A DNA stretch of 64,000 nt from Flavobacteriales bacterium (GTDB lineage: Bacteria; Bacteroidota; Bacteroidia; JACJYZ01): positions 361,628 through 425,627 of the forward strand of contig JACJYZ010000004.1 in NCBI GenBank assembly GCA_020635855.1, written 5' to 3'. The position numbers and the translations under genes were made by a program. A model generated the notes under the pieces. The model did not search any database. It saw only the letters and a program-made list of their open reading frames with translations, and was not told where the DNA came from. Positions 1 to 9,694 of the stretch are shown here, one piece after another. Each line of letters starts with the position of its first letter. Within the stretch, counting starts at the first letter, position 1.

Positions 1-1
1 G

Positions 2-460
2 TTCGCCTACGTATCAGGTAACACCATTTTTGCCGATTACCTCAACATCATGTACATCCCCAATTCGGGTGAACTGGTGATCTTCATCAGCGCATTCGTG
101 GGTGCATGTATCGGCTTCCTCTGGTACAACTCATTCCCCGCACAAGTGTTCATGGGCGACACGGGAAGCCTTGCCATCGGCGGCATCATCGCCGTATTCG
201 CCATCGCCGTACGCAAAGAACTGCTCATCCCCATCCTCTGCGGAATTTTCCTCATGGAAAACCTGTCGGTGGTGATGCAGGTGTCCTACTTCAAATACAC
301 GAAAAAGAAATACGGTGAAGGCCGGCGCATTTTCAAAATGTCACCCCTCCACCACCATTACCAGAAACTAGGCTACCACGAATCAAAGATCGCCACCCGG
401 TTCTGGATCATAGGTATCATGCTGGCCATCGTGACCATCGTGACATTGAAACTGAGATGA
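2..460 (+). CDS. mraY: Phospho-N-acetylmuramoyl-pentapeptide transferase MraY, C-terminal part (5' end lies outside the window)
   Basis: The frame is open from nt 2 ([28 protein letters not shown]...). The track ORF 50..460 is the same frame after an internal Met. Conserved MraY C-terminal motifs are present ([24 protein letters not shown]). It sits immediately upstream of murD. Confidence 0.93.
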   Translation, partial: FAYVSGNTIFADYLNIMYIPNSGELVIFISAFVGACIGFLWYNSFPAQVFMGDTGSLAIGGIIAVFAIAVRKELLIPILCGIFLMENLSVVMQVSYFKYTKKKYGEGRRIFKMSPLHHHYQKLGYHESKIATRFWIIGIMLAIVTIVTLKLR

Positions 461-461
461 T

Positions 462-1796
462 TTGACACAGATCGCAATCATAGGAGCCGGAGAAAGCGGA
501 ACAGGTGCAGCCATGCTAGCAAGCAAGCAGGGCCTGACAGCTTTTGTTTCCGACAAAGGCAAGATTGCAGATCATCACAAGGAAACGCTGCAACAGCTGG
601 GAGTTGATTGGGAAGAAGGAATGCATTCCGAAGACCGCCTGATGCAGGCACAGGAATGGGTGGTAAGCCCGGGCATCCCGCTGCATGCGCCACTGCTTGA
701 GAAAGCCAGGCGGGCCAATATCAACCTCATCTCCGAGGTGGAATTCGCCTGGCGGTATTGCAAGGGGAAAGTGATCGGTATCACGGGTAGCAACGGAAAA
801 ACCACCACCACACTGCTCACCTATCACATCCTTAAAAAAGCTGGCCTGGACGTTTGTGTAGGGGGAAATGTAGGAAAGAGCTTCGCAGGTCTTGTGGCTT
901 CAGGTGATCATGCCTGGTATGTGATCGAACTGAGCAGTTTTCAGCTGGATGGGATCCAATCCTTCCGTCCGCACATCGCCATCCTGCTGAACATCACCCC
1001 CGATCACCTCGACCGCTACGAATACGACTTCAACCAATACGTGGCATCGAAGTTCCGCATCGGGATGAACCAGACCGAAGCCGACCATTTCATTTTCTGC
1101 CAGGATGACCCGGCCGTCACAGGCTACATGGAACAGCATCCGCAGCAGGCACATCAACACCCGTTCAGTTTGAACCACCAGCCCCAAAACGGGGCATACG
1201 CTACCCGTGACCAATTATTCATTCACCTTTCCCAAACCCCCTTCGCAATTATGATCCATCAACTCGCGCTGCAAGGAAAACACAACCTGTACAATTCTAT
1301 GGCCGCTGCCATCGCTGCCCGTATCCTCGACATCAGGAACGATCTGATTCGCGAGAGCCTGACGGACTTCCAAAACATCGAACACAGGCTTGAACTGGTC
1401 GGAAGTGTACATGGCATCCGGTTCATCAATGATTCCAAAGCCACCAATGTGAATTCCGTATGGTACGCCCTGGAGAGCATGGAGAAACCCGTGATCTGGA
1501 TCGCCGGCGGGATCGACAAGGGCAACGATTATTCCATGCTTGATGACCTTGTGAAGGAAAAAGTAAAGGCACTGATCTGCCTGGGTACCGATAACACCAA
1601 ATTGCGCAATGCCTATGAAGGAAAGATCACCGATATACAGGAGGCCCACTCCGCCGAAGAAGCGGTGAAGATGGCCTACCGCCTGGGCCGGAAAGGAGAT
1701 ACCGTGCTGCTGTCGCCCGCATGTTCAAGTTTTGATCTGTTCGAGAACTACGAAGACCGCGGAAGACAATTCAAACAAGCCGTTAGATCCCTCTGA
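462..1796 (+). CDS. murD: UDP-N-acetylmuramoylalanine--D-glutamate ligase MurD
   Basis: 444 aa with a TTG start 1 nt after the mraY stop. Motifs: IGAGESG N-terminal, Mur-ligase P-loop GITGSNGKTTT, and C-terminal NDSKATN and SPACSSFD. Position fits the dcw order. Confidence 0.95.
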   Translation: MTQIAIIGAGESGTGAAMLASKQGLTAFVSDKGKIADHHKETLQQLGVDWEEGMHSEDRLMQAQEWVVSPGIPLHAPLLEKARRANINLISEVEFAWRYCKGKVIGITGSNGKTTTTLLTYHILKKAGLDVCVGGNVGKSFAGLVASGDHAWYVIELSSFQLDGIQSFRPHIAILLNITPDHLDRYEYDFNQYVASKFRIGMNQTEADHFIFCQDDPAVTGYMEQHPQQAHQHPFSLNHQPQNGAYATRDQLFIHLSQTPFAIMIHQLALQGKHNLYNSMAAAIAARILDIRNDLIRESLTDFQNIEHRLELVGSVHGIRFINDSKATNVNSVWYALESMEKPVIWIAGGIDKGNDYSMLDDLVKEKVKALICLGTDNTKLRNAYEGKITDIQEAHSAEEAVKMAYRLGRKGDTVLLSPACSSFDLFENYEDRGRQFKQAVRSL

Positions 1797-1797
1797 T

Positions 1798-2346
1798 ATG
1801 AGCAAATTCTTCAACCAATACGAATCCGGCAAGGAACCTGGACAACTCAAGGTTCAGTCCGCCAACCCTGCGCTGGTGAAAACCTCACATGCGCCCAAGT
1901 ATGTGGAGCACCGTATGGAATTTGTGGCCCGCATCAAGGGTGTGGATTACATCAACCATTCCTGCGCCACAGGCCTGGAAGAGGTGTGGAGTTCCCTCGC
2001 CACGGCAAAAAAACCGGTGGTATGGATATCAGGCACCCTCGACCAGCAGGCCGATTACATGATGCTGGATGAAGTGGTGAAGGATAAAGTAACGGCCATC
2101 GTACACATCGGTGCGCAAAAGAATTTCAGGTTGATGCAGGCTTTCGGACGCTACATCAAAAACATCGTGGATGCCGGCAACATGGAAGAAGCCGTGCACT
2201 ACGCCTTTTCCTTATCTAAACCGGAAGACATGGTGATCTTCTCGCCCGGATGCACCAGCTACGGCACCTATGCCAATTTCAGCGAACGCGGAAGGGAGTT
2301 TAAAAAAACCGTGATTGAAGTGTATAAAAGCCTGCTGAGAGAATGA
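1798..2346 (+). CDS. Stand-alone MurD C-terminal-domain-like protein (about 182 aa), function unknown
   Basis: The ATG at 1798 lies 1 nt after the murD stop, in frame with track ORF 1732..2346. The stop overlaps the ftsW start (ATGA). Residues from EHRMEFVARIKGVDYINHSCATG to SPGCTSYGTYANFSERGREFKKTV align colinearly with MurD residues EHRLELVGSVHGIRFINDSKATN to SPACSSFDLFENYEDRGRQFKQAV. There is no P-loop and no UDP-binding domain. Confidence 0.75.
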   Translation: MSKFFNQYESGKEPGQLKVQSANPALVKTSHAPKYVEHRMEFVARIKGVDYINHSCATGLEEVWSSLATAKKPVVWISGTLDQQADYMMLDEVVKDKVTAIVHIGAQKNFRLMQAFGRYIKNIVDAGNMEEAVHYAFSLSKPEDMVIFSPGCTSYGTYANFSERGREFKKTVIEVYKSLLRE

Positions 2347-3536
2347 TGCACGCGCTGACACGGCTGATGAAAGGCGACCGGGTGATCTGGGCGGTGGTAT
2401 TCCTATTGTCCCTGTTCTCCCTGCTGGCCGTTTACAGCTCAACCGGTACGCTGGCCTTCAAATACCAGGAAGGCAACACCGAGTATTACCTCATCAAACA
2501 CCTGCTGCTGCTGATCGCCGGTTTCGGAATCATCATCCTGTTTCATACCATCCGCTACACCTATTATTCACGCCTGTCACAGATCGCGATCTTCATTTCC
2601 ATTCCCCTGCTGCTGATCACCCTGCTCATGGGAACCAACCTTAACAGCGCCGATCGATGGCTCACGCTTCCGGGAGTAAACCTCACTTTCCAAACGTCTG
2701 ACCTGGCCAAGCTCGCGCTCATCATTTATGTAGCCCGCCTGCTGTCAAAAAAACAACATATCATCTCCAATTTCAAGGAGGCATTCATCCCCATCATGCT
2801 TCCCATCTGCAGCGTGTGTGCGCTCATCCTGCCGGCAGATTTCTCTACGGCAGCCATCCTGTTCGTGACATGCATGCTGCTGATGTTCCTGGGTGGAATG
2901 AGCATCAAATACCTGTTGGGAGTGGGAGGTGCCGGAATCCTGCTTGGCGGTATCCTGTTGGTGGTGCTCTTCACCGTACCGGAATCATCCCTGCCCGGAC
3001 GCTCACTCACCTGGAAACGCAGGCTTCAGGAATTCGGCATCGGAGCCGGACGTGAAGGACAACTGGCCACGAATCACGCAGAGAATAGCTACCAGGTGCA
3101 GCAATCAAAAATTGCCATCGCCGCCGGAGGGTTCCTTCCGAAAGGACCCGGTACCAGCCGCCAGCGAAACTTTCTGCCACACCCCTATTCGGATTTCATC
3201 TATGCCATCATTATTGAGGAATACGGATCCATCATCGGTGGCGGAGGCATCCTGCTGCTCTACCTGATCCTGCTCTACCGTGTGATCCTGCTGGCACTCA
3301 AAAACCCAGGATCTTTCGGAAGCGTGCTGGCCATGGGATGTGGCCTGCTGCTCATCTTCCAGGCCATGATCAACATGGCCGTAGCTGTTAACATCATGCC
3401 CGTGACCGGGCAAACCCTCCCGCTGGTTTCCATGGGAGGCACATCGATCCTGTTCACCTCGGCTGCCCTGGGCATCATCCTCAGTGTAAGCCGTGAAGTC
3501 GCACCCGAAAAAGTCCAGGCCCATGTCGCTGCGTAA
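2343..3536 (+). CDS. ftsW: SEDS-family peptidoglycan glycosyltransferase / cell division protein FtsW
   Basis: 397 aa polytopic membrane protein with SEDS motifs (PYSDFIYAIIIEEYG, MPVTGQTLPLVSMGGTS). Located between murD and murG. Confidence 0.93.
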   Translation: MMHALTRLMKGDRVIWAVVFLLSLFSLLAVYSSTGTLAFKYQEGNTEYYLIKHLLLLIAGFGIIILFHTIRYTYYSRLSQIAIFISIPLLLITLLMGTNLNSADRWLTLPGVNLTFQTSDLAKLALIIYVARLLSKKQHIISNFKEAFIPIMLPICSVCALILPADFSTAAILFVTCMLLMFLGGMSIKYLLGVGGAGILLGGILLVVLFTVPESSLPGRSLTWKRRLQEFGIGAGREGQLATNHAENSYQVQQSKIAIAAGGFLPKGPGTSRQRNFLPHPYSDFIYAIIIEEYGSIIGGGGILLLYLILLYRVILLALKNPGSFGSVLAMGCGLLLIFQAMINMAVAVNIMPVTGQTLPLVSMGGTSILFTSAALGIILSVSREVAPEKVQAHVAA

Positions 3537-4638
3537 GGTGATCATCAGCGGAGGCGGAACGGGCGGACACATCTTCCCGGCCATCGCCATTGCCAATGCG
3601 CTCAAACAAATGATCGAAGGCATCGACATCCTGTTCGTGGGAGCCATCGGTAAAATGGAAATGGAAAAGGTGCCTGCGGCAGGATATAAAATAGAAGGAC
3701 TCCACATCAGCGGCCTCCAACGCAAACTCACCCTCCGCAACCTGGCGTTCCCGTTCAAGGTGATGCGCAGCCTGCTGGCGGCCGGCAGAATCCTGAAACG
3801 CTTCCAACCCGACGTGGTAGTGGGTGTAGGCGGTTATGCCAGCGGACCGTTGCTGTACATGGCCACCAATAAACACATCCCGGCACTCATCCAGGAACAG
3901 AACTCGTATGCCGGCATCACCAACCGCCTGCTGGCCAAAAAAGTGGATCGCATCTGTGTGGCATACGACCGGATGGACCGCTATTTCCCGAAAGAAAAAC
4001 TCCTGCTGACCGGAAACCCGGTTCGCCAGGATATCACCGACCTCACATCCAAAAGGGAACAAGCCATCGCCCACTTCGGCTTTCATCCGCAACAAAAGAT
4101 ACTCCTGGTAATCGGGGGCAGTCTGGGTTCGGCCACGATCAACAAAAGCATACTGGCCGCCCTGCCGGCATTGACCGAAGCCGGTATTCAGGTGTTGTGG
4201 CAAACCGGTGCCTACTATCACGACTCCATGCTTGAAAAAGCCAAGCCCTTCCTCCAAAAAGGTGTGTCGGTGAATGCCTTCGTGAAAGAAATGGACCTCG
4301 CCTATGCCTGTGCCGACCTCGTGGTTTCCCGTGCCGGCGCCAGCTCCATTTCGGAGTTGTGCCTGGCCGCCAAACCCACCATCCTGATCCCTTCGCCCAA
4401 CGTGGCAGAAGACCACCAGACCCGCAATGCCATGAGCCTGGTGGATAAACAGGCGACCGTGCTGGTGAAAGACAGTGAAGCACCTGTAAAACTGGGTGGA
4501 GAGATCCTGTCGCTGATGAAGGACGATGATCATCGTCAACAGCTGGCTCGGGCCATTGGCAACATGGCGGAACGCGATTCTGCAAAAAGGATCGCGGATG
4601 AAGTCATACGCATTTACGAAAGCCGGAAACGCTCATGA
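3523..4638 (+). CDS. murG: UDP-N-acetylglucosamine--N-acetylmuramyl-(pentapeptide) pyrophosphoryl-undecaprenol GlcNAc transferase MurG
   Basis: The GGGTGGHIFPAIAIA motif is at the N-terminus. I set the start at ATG 3523 (MSLRKVIISGGG...) rather than the track GTG 3493. Either start overlaps the ftsW 3' end, so the start is uncertain by 30 nt. Confidence 0.92.
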   Translation: MSLRKVIISGGGTGGHIFPAIAIANALKQMIEGIDILFVGAIGKMEMEKVPAAGYKIEGLHISGLQRKLTLRNLAFPFKVMRSLLAAGRILKRFQPDVVVGVGGYASGPLLYMATNKHIPALIQEQNSYAGITNRLLAKKVDRICVAYDRMDRYFPKEKLLLTGNPVRQDITDLTSKREQAIAHFGFHPQQKILLVIGGSLGSATINKSILAALPALTEAGIQVLWQTGAYYHDSMLEKAKPFLQKGVSVNAFVKEMDLAYACADLVVSRAGASSISELCLAAKPTILIPSPNVAEDHQTRNAMSLVDKQATVLVKDSEAPVKLGGEILSLMKDDDHRQQLARAIGNMAERDSAKRIADEVIRIYESRKRS

Positions 4639-6044
4639 TGCCATTCCAACATATCACCCATGTGTACCTGGTCGGGATCGGAGGGATCGGCATGAGCGGC
4701 CTGGCGCGCTATTTCAAACAACTGGGCAAACAGGTGGCAGGCTACGACAAAACCGCCACCCCGCTTACACGCAAACTACAGGCGGAAGGCATGGATATTT
4801 CTTTCTCCGACAAGGTGAAGGACATACCCGCCGGTTTCCGCGGGTCCGACAACATCGATCATGTACTGGTGATCTACACCCCGGCCATCCCTTCGGCTCA
4901 TGAAGGGCTTCAATTCTTCAGGAGTGAAGGCTACGATATGCACAAGCGGGCGGCTGTGCTGGGCATGATCACCTCCCACCACAATACACTGGCTGTGGCG
5001 GGCACCCACGGAAAAACCACCACGTCATCCATCCTGGCGCATCTACTGCAGCAGGCAGGACTGCAGCCCACCGCTTTCATCGGAGGCATCATGCGCAACT
5101 ACCAATCGAATGTGCTGCTTTCGAAAGACCCGACATGGATGGTGGTGGAAGCCGATGAATACGACCGTTCTTTCCTGCAACTGAATCCTTATATATCTGT
5201 CATCACCAGTCTGGATGCGGACCACCTTGACATATACGGTACAGCCTCAGACATGCGCCTCACCTACCAGGCATTCGCCGAACGCCTGTCGGAAAACGGC
5301 CGCCTATGGGTGAACCACCAGGCCTCCACCCGGGAGCTGGTACATCCGAACAAAGTCACTTATGGCCTCAGTCCCGATGCGGATTACCATGCCGGTAACG
5401 TGCACATCGAGCAGGGACATTATGTCTTTGACATCATTGGCCCCGATATGCACATCCCGTCGGTTACGTTCCACCTGCCCGGGCATCACAATGTGGAAAA
5501 TGCCATAGCTGCCGCATGTGTGGCCTATTCGATCGGCATTGAAGAAGACATCATCCGGGATGGACTTGCCACCTACCAGGGTGTGAAAAGACGATTCGAA
5601 TATGTGGTGAAGTCGCAACCGATGGTCTACATCGACGACTATGCCCATCACCCTTCCGAACTCAACGCATGCATACGGGCGGCAAGGGATTTCTACCCCG
5701 AACGTAAGATCACCGGCATCTTTCAGCCGCACCTGTTTTCGCGCACGCGCGACTTCATGGAAGGCTTTGCAGAAAGTTTGTCGGCCCTCGACTGCCTGAT
5801 CCTGCTTGATATCTACCCTGCCCGGGAACTGCCCATCGACGGCATCACATCTTCGGCGCTCCTGGAAAAAGTACACATCAGCAACAAGATGCTTTGCACC
5901 AAGGAAGCCGCCGTGGAAAAAGCCATCGACAGCGGATCGGATCTCATCCTGACGCTGGGAGCCGGAGATATTGATGAACTGGTGGACAGACTCAGGGATG
6001 CCATCTGCGAAAAATTCTGCCTGGAAAAGGAGGACGCCGCATGA
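4635..6044 (+). CDS. murC: UDP-N-acetylmuramate--L-alanine ligase MurC
   Basis: Contains the GIGGIGMSGLA and GTHGKTTT Mur-ligase motifs. ATGA overlap with the murG stop. Confidence 0.95.
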   Translation: MMPFQHITHVYLVGIGGIGMSGLARYFKQLGKQVAGYDKTATPLTRKLQAEGMDISFSDKVKDIPAGFRGSDNIDHVLVIYTPAIPSAHEGLQFFRSEGYDMHKRAAVLGMITSHHNTLAVAGTHGKTTTSSILAHLLQQAGLQPTAFIGGIMRNYQSNVLLSKDPTWMVVEADEYDRSFLQLNPYISVITSLDADHLDIYGTASDMRLTYQAFAERLSENGRLWVNHQASTRELVHPNKVTYGLSPDADYHAGNVHIEQGHYVFDIIGPDMHIPSVTFHLPGHHNVENAIAAACVAYSIGIEEDIIRDGLATYQGVKRRFEYVVKSQPMVYIDDYAHHPSELNACIRAARDFYPERKITGIFQPHLFSRTRDFMEGFAESLSALDCLILLDIYPARELPIDGITSSALLEKVHISNKMLCTKEAAVEKAIDSGSDLILTLGAGDIDELVDRLRDAICEKFCLEKEDAA

Positions 6045-6823
6045 GAAAAGCACTGAACATATTCGCCGTATTGCTGGTGATCGCTTCGCTTGCCGGCATG
6101 ATGGGGTTTGCATCACGCCAGCGTCATCAGGTAGTGTGCAAAGACATACAGGTGAAACTGACGAATAGCGACAAGTGGCATTTCCTTGAAGAAGATGCCA
6201 TCAAAGAAATGCTGAAAGACATGGGCGCACCGGTATTGCAACAACCGGTGAACGAGATACCCCTGGCCATGCTGGAGAACAAACTCAGAAACAATCCATA
6301 CGTCAAGCGTGCGGATCTGTATATCACGCTCGACGGTCACCTGGAAGCCAAGGTCACCCAAAGAGAACCGATCGCCCGCATCATGGCAGGCCCGGGAAGA
6401 AGTTATTACCTGGATCGCGATGGTGTATTCATGCCTCCTTCGCCACATTATGCCGCCCACGTACCGGTGATCAACGGATACCTCCGGATTCCCTACCTGG
6501 CAGGATCTTCTGTCATGGAACACGCTGTTCCCACGTCAGACAGCATTGTACTGCGCGACCTCTACAGACTGGTGCAGTTCATCCACGGTGATGCATTCTG
6601 GCAGGCCCAGATCGAACAGATTTACGTGAACGAACGCAAAGACATCGAACTGATCCCGCGGGTGGGCGACCACCGCATCATTCTGGGTTCCGTCGACCAG
6701 ATGGAAGACAAGTTTTCGAAACTTCGAATCTTTTACACGGAAGGTCTGAACCATACGGACTGGAACCTGTATTCGACCATAAATCTCAAGTATAAAAACC
6801 AAATCATCTGCACTAAACGGTAA
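6041..6823 (+). CDS. ftsQ: Cell division protein FtsQ (POTRA-containing)
   Basis: 260 aa with a single N-terminal TM helix (IFAVLLVIASLAGMMGF) followed by a periplasmic domain. ATGA overlap with murC. Sits between murC and ftsA. Confidence 0.85.
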   Translation: MRKALNIFAVLLVIASLAGMMGFASRQRHQVVCKDIQVKLTNSDKWHFLEEDAIKEMLKDMGAPVLQQPVNEIPLAMLENKLRNNPYVKRADLYITLDGHLEAKVTQREPIARIMAGPGRSYYLDRDGVFMPPSPHYAAHVPVINGYLRIPYLAGSSVMEHAVPTSDSIVLRDLYRLVQFIHGDAFWQAQIEQIYVNERKDIELIPRVGDHRIILGSVDQMEDKFSKLRIFYTEGLNHTDWNLYSTINLKYKNQIICTKR

Positions 6824-6828
6824 GCGCT

Positions 6829-8100
6829 ATGGAATCATCGGAAATCGTCGTTGGCCTCGACATCGGCACCACAAAGATCTGTGCCATCGTAGGCCGGAAA
6901 AATGAATACGGAAAAATAGAAATCATCGGTATGGGTAAAACCGAATCGGTGGGTGTGATGCGCGGCGTCGTATCCAACATCGAGAAGACGGTTCAATCCA
7001 TCTCCGAGGCGATCCAGGAAGCCGGCAATGCTTCCGGTGTGGACATCCGCATTGTGAACGTAGGCATTGCGGGCCAACACATCAAAAGCCTCCAGCACCG
7101 TGGCATCCGCACGCGTTCCAGCCTGGACGAGGAAATCAACCAGGGTGATATCGATGCGCTGATCGATGACATGTATAAGCTGGTGATGCTCCCCGGCGAA
7201 GAGATCATTCATGTGATCCCGCAGGAGTATATTGTAGATGCAGAACAAGGGATCAAAGATCCCATCGGTATGTCGGGCATCAGACTCGAAGCCAATTTCC
7301 ATATCATTACCGGACAAATCGCAGCGGCCAAGAACATTCACAAATGTGTACACAAGTGCGGACTCGAAGTATCCGAACTGGTGCTTGAACCCCTTGCTTC
7401 CTCAGAAGCCGTGCTGAGTGAAGAAGAAAAAGAAGCAGGTGTGGCCTTGGTCGATATCGGTGGCGGTACCACTGACATCGCCATCTTCCAGGACGGGATC
7501 ATCCGTCATACAGCGGTGATTCCGTTCGGGGGTAATGTGGTGACGGATGATATCAAGGAAGGATGCGGCATCATCCGCAACCATGCCGAAGCCCTGAAGG
7601 TGAAATTCGGCTCCGCACTCGCCAGCGAGAACCAGGAGAATGAGATCGTATCCATTCCGGGTCTGCGGGGTCGCGAACCGAAAGAGATCTCCGTAAAGAA
7701 CCTGGCGCACATCATCCAGGCCCGCATGGAAGAGATCATCGAGAACATTTATTACGAAATCAGGAATTCGGGACTGGAAAACAAGCTGATCGCCGGCATC
7801 GTGGTTACTGGCGGCGGATCACAGCTGCGCCACATCGCCCAGCTCTTCCAATACGTCACCGGCATGGATACACGCATCGGCTATCCGAACGAACACCTTG
7901 CCTCGGGCTACCTGGATGAAGTGAAAAGTCCGGCCTATGCCACCGGCATCGGTTTGGTGATCAAAGGGCTCGAATATTCAGAAAAACAAAAGAGCAAGGG
8001 TTCTCCCGTCAAATCCCATTCAAAGAAAACCAAGGGGAACTTCTTCGATACCATCTTCAGCAAAAGCAAACAATGGCTGGATGAAGACATCAATGAGTAA
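6829..8100 (+). CDS. ftsA: Cell division protein FtsA
   Basis: Actin-like ATPase phosphate motifs VGLDIGTTKICAIVG and VDIGGGTTDIAIF. Immediately upstream of ftsZ. Confidence 0.95.
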   Translation: MESSEIVVGLDIGTTKICAIVGRKNEYGKIEIIGMGKTESVGVMRGVVSNIEKTVQSISEAIQEAGNASGVDIRIVNVGIAGQHIKSLQHRGIRTRSSLDEEINQGDIDALIDDMYKLVMLPGEEIIHVIPQEYIVDAEQGIKDPIGMSGIRLEANFHIITGQIAAAKNIHKCVHKCGLEVSELVLEPLASSEAVLSEEEKEAGVALVDIGGGTTDIAIFQDGIIRHTAVIPFGGNVVTDDIKEGCGIIRNHAEALKVKFGSALASENQENEIVSIPGLRGREPKEISVKNLAHIIQARMEEIIENIYYEIRNSGLENKLIAGIVVTGGGSQLRHIAQLFQYVTGMDTRIGYPNEHLASGYLDEVKSPAYATGIGLVIKGLEYSEKQKSKGSPVKSHSKKTKGNFFDTIFSKSKQWLDEDINE

Positions 8101-8128
8101 TCAATCAAGTAATCAATAGGAGGCTGCT

Positions 8129-9610
8129 ATGGATAAACCAATGATCAATTTCGACTTGCCCAAAGACCAATCATCCATCATCAAGGTGGTTGGCGTGGGC
8201 GGCGGCGGAAGCAACGCCGTTAATCACATGTACCGCCAGGGAATCACCGGGGTGGATTTTATCATTTGCAACACGGATGCGCAGGCACTGGACATCAGTC
8301 CGGTCCCAACCAAGATCCAGCTGGGTGCCAACCTGACCGAGGGCAGGGGCGCCGGATCAATTCCGGAGGTAGGAAAAAATGCCGCCCTGGAAAACATCAA
8401 TGAAATCATGGACTACCTCGCCACCAATACCAAGATGGTGTTCATCACCGCCGGCCTGGGAGGTGGAACAGGTACCGGAGCTGCACCCATCATTGCAGCT
8501 GCCGCCAAGGAAAGAGGTATCCTGACGGTGGGTATCGTGACCATCCCCTTCACCTTTGAAGGCCGGAAACGTCGCCTGCAAGCAGAAGAAGGCCTCAATG
8601 CCTTGCGCAGCAACGTGGACACCCTACTGGTGATCAGCAACGACAGGCTGCGTGAGATGTACGGTAACCTCTCTCTGGCCAACGCTTTCGCCGAAGCGGA
8701 TAACATCCTCACCACCGCAGCCAAGGGCATCGCGGAGATTATCACGGTGACAGGCTATATCAATGTGGACTTCGAAGACGTACGCACCGTTATGACCGAC
8801 AGCGGCGCCGCCATCATGGGCTCGGCCACCTGCGAAGGTGAAAACCGTGCCATCAAGGCCATTGAATCGGCCATGGCATCACCCCTGCTGAACGACAACA
8901 ACATCAAAGGTGCCAAGTACATCCTGCTCAACATCACCTCAGGCCAGGATGAGGTATTGATGGATGAAATCACAGAGATCACGGATTATATCCAGGATGA
9001 AGCCGGCTCCTCCGCCGACATCATCTGGGGTACGGGCCACGACGAAAGCCTGGGCAACCGCATCTCCGTAACACTCATCGCCACCGGCTTCCAAACCAAC
9101 CCGGACACGGGTCTTACCACGGATCACCAGGTACAGAAAGTGGTGCGTAGCCTGGTGGATGATGAACCGAAGGAAGCACCGAAAGCGCCCTCTACCTCTG
9201 AACCGGAGATCTACCAGAAACCGGCAAACACACAACCGGCAAAGTCAGACGAACAAGTGAGCATCGAGTTTGACCTGCGGGTGAAACAGGACAAACAGCC
9301 AAATCCATCCACTGAAAAAAACCCGGACGTATACAACCCGCTGCCACTCGAAAACCAGGAGAAAAAAGCCCAGGAACGCATCCACAAACTGAAAGAGCTC
9401 AGCTTCAAACTGCGCACACCCTCGGGTTTGAGCGACCTGGAAAACGAACCGGCATATAAAAGAAGAAATGTGACCCTCGACCAGGTGCCACATTCATCTG
9501 AGTCGCAAGTTTCAAGGTATACGCTTTCCGAGCCGGACGATGAGTCAGGCGACGAAGGGCAAAGCAAGCTGAAGCCCAACAATCCGTTCCTGCACGATAA
9601 CGTAGATTAA
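8129..9610 (+). CDS. ftsZ: Cell division GTPase FtsZ
   Basis: VGVGGGGSNAV and the tubulin signature GGGTGTGAAP. A long low-complexity linker is followed by the terminal peptide NNPFLHDNVD. Confidence 0.97.
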   Translation: MDKPMINFDLPKDQSSIIKVVGVGGGGSNAVNHMYRQGITGVDFIICNTDAQALDISPVPTKIQLGANLTEGRGAGSIPEVGKNAALENINEIMDYLATNTKMVFITAGLGGGTGTGAAPIIAAAAKERGILTVGIVTIPFTFEGRKRRLQAEEGLNALRSNVDTLLVISNDRLREMYGNLSLANAFAEADNILTTAAKGIAEIITVTGYINVDFEDVRTVMTDSGAAIMGSATCEGENRAIKAIESAMASPLLNDNNIKGAKYILLNITSGQDEVLMDEITEITDYIQDEAGSSADIIWGTGHDESLGNRISVTLIATGFQTNPDTGLTTDHQVQKVVRSLVDDEPKEAPKAPSTSEPEIYQKPANTQPAKSDEQVSIEFDLRVKQDKQPNPSTEKNPDVYNPLPLENQEKKAQERIHKLKELSFKLRTPSGLSDLENEPAYKRRNVTLDQVPHSSESQVSRYTLSEPDDESGDEGQSKLKPNNPFLHDNVD

Positions 9611-9694
9611 GTTACATGCAGGTCTTGATCCGGCTGGAAGAAAGTTGCTAACTTCATGCCTGACTCTGTCATGAACCATCAAACAACTTTCAAC

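Noticed and set aside
3481-4539. 352-aa ORF antisense to murG. Similar antisense ORFs occur at 5304..6116 (murC), 27287..28231 (SprB repeats), 52965..53798 (MORN gene) and 39959..40597 (yicC).
   Set aside because: All are nested in well-supported genes on the other strand. They have unnatural composition, and no promoter, start context or motif supports them.
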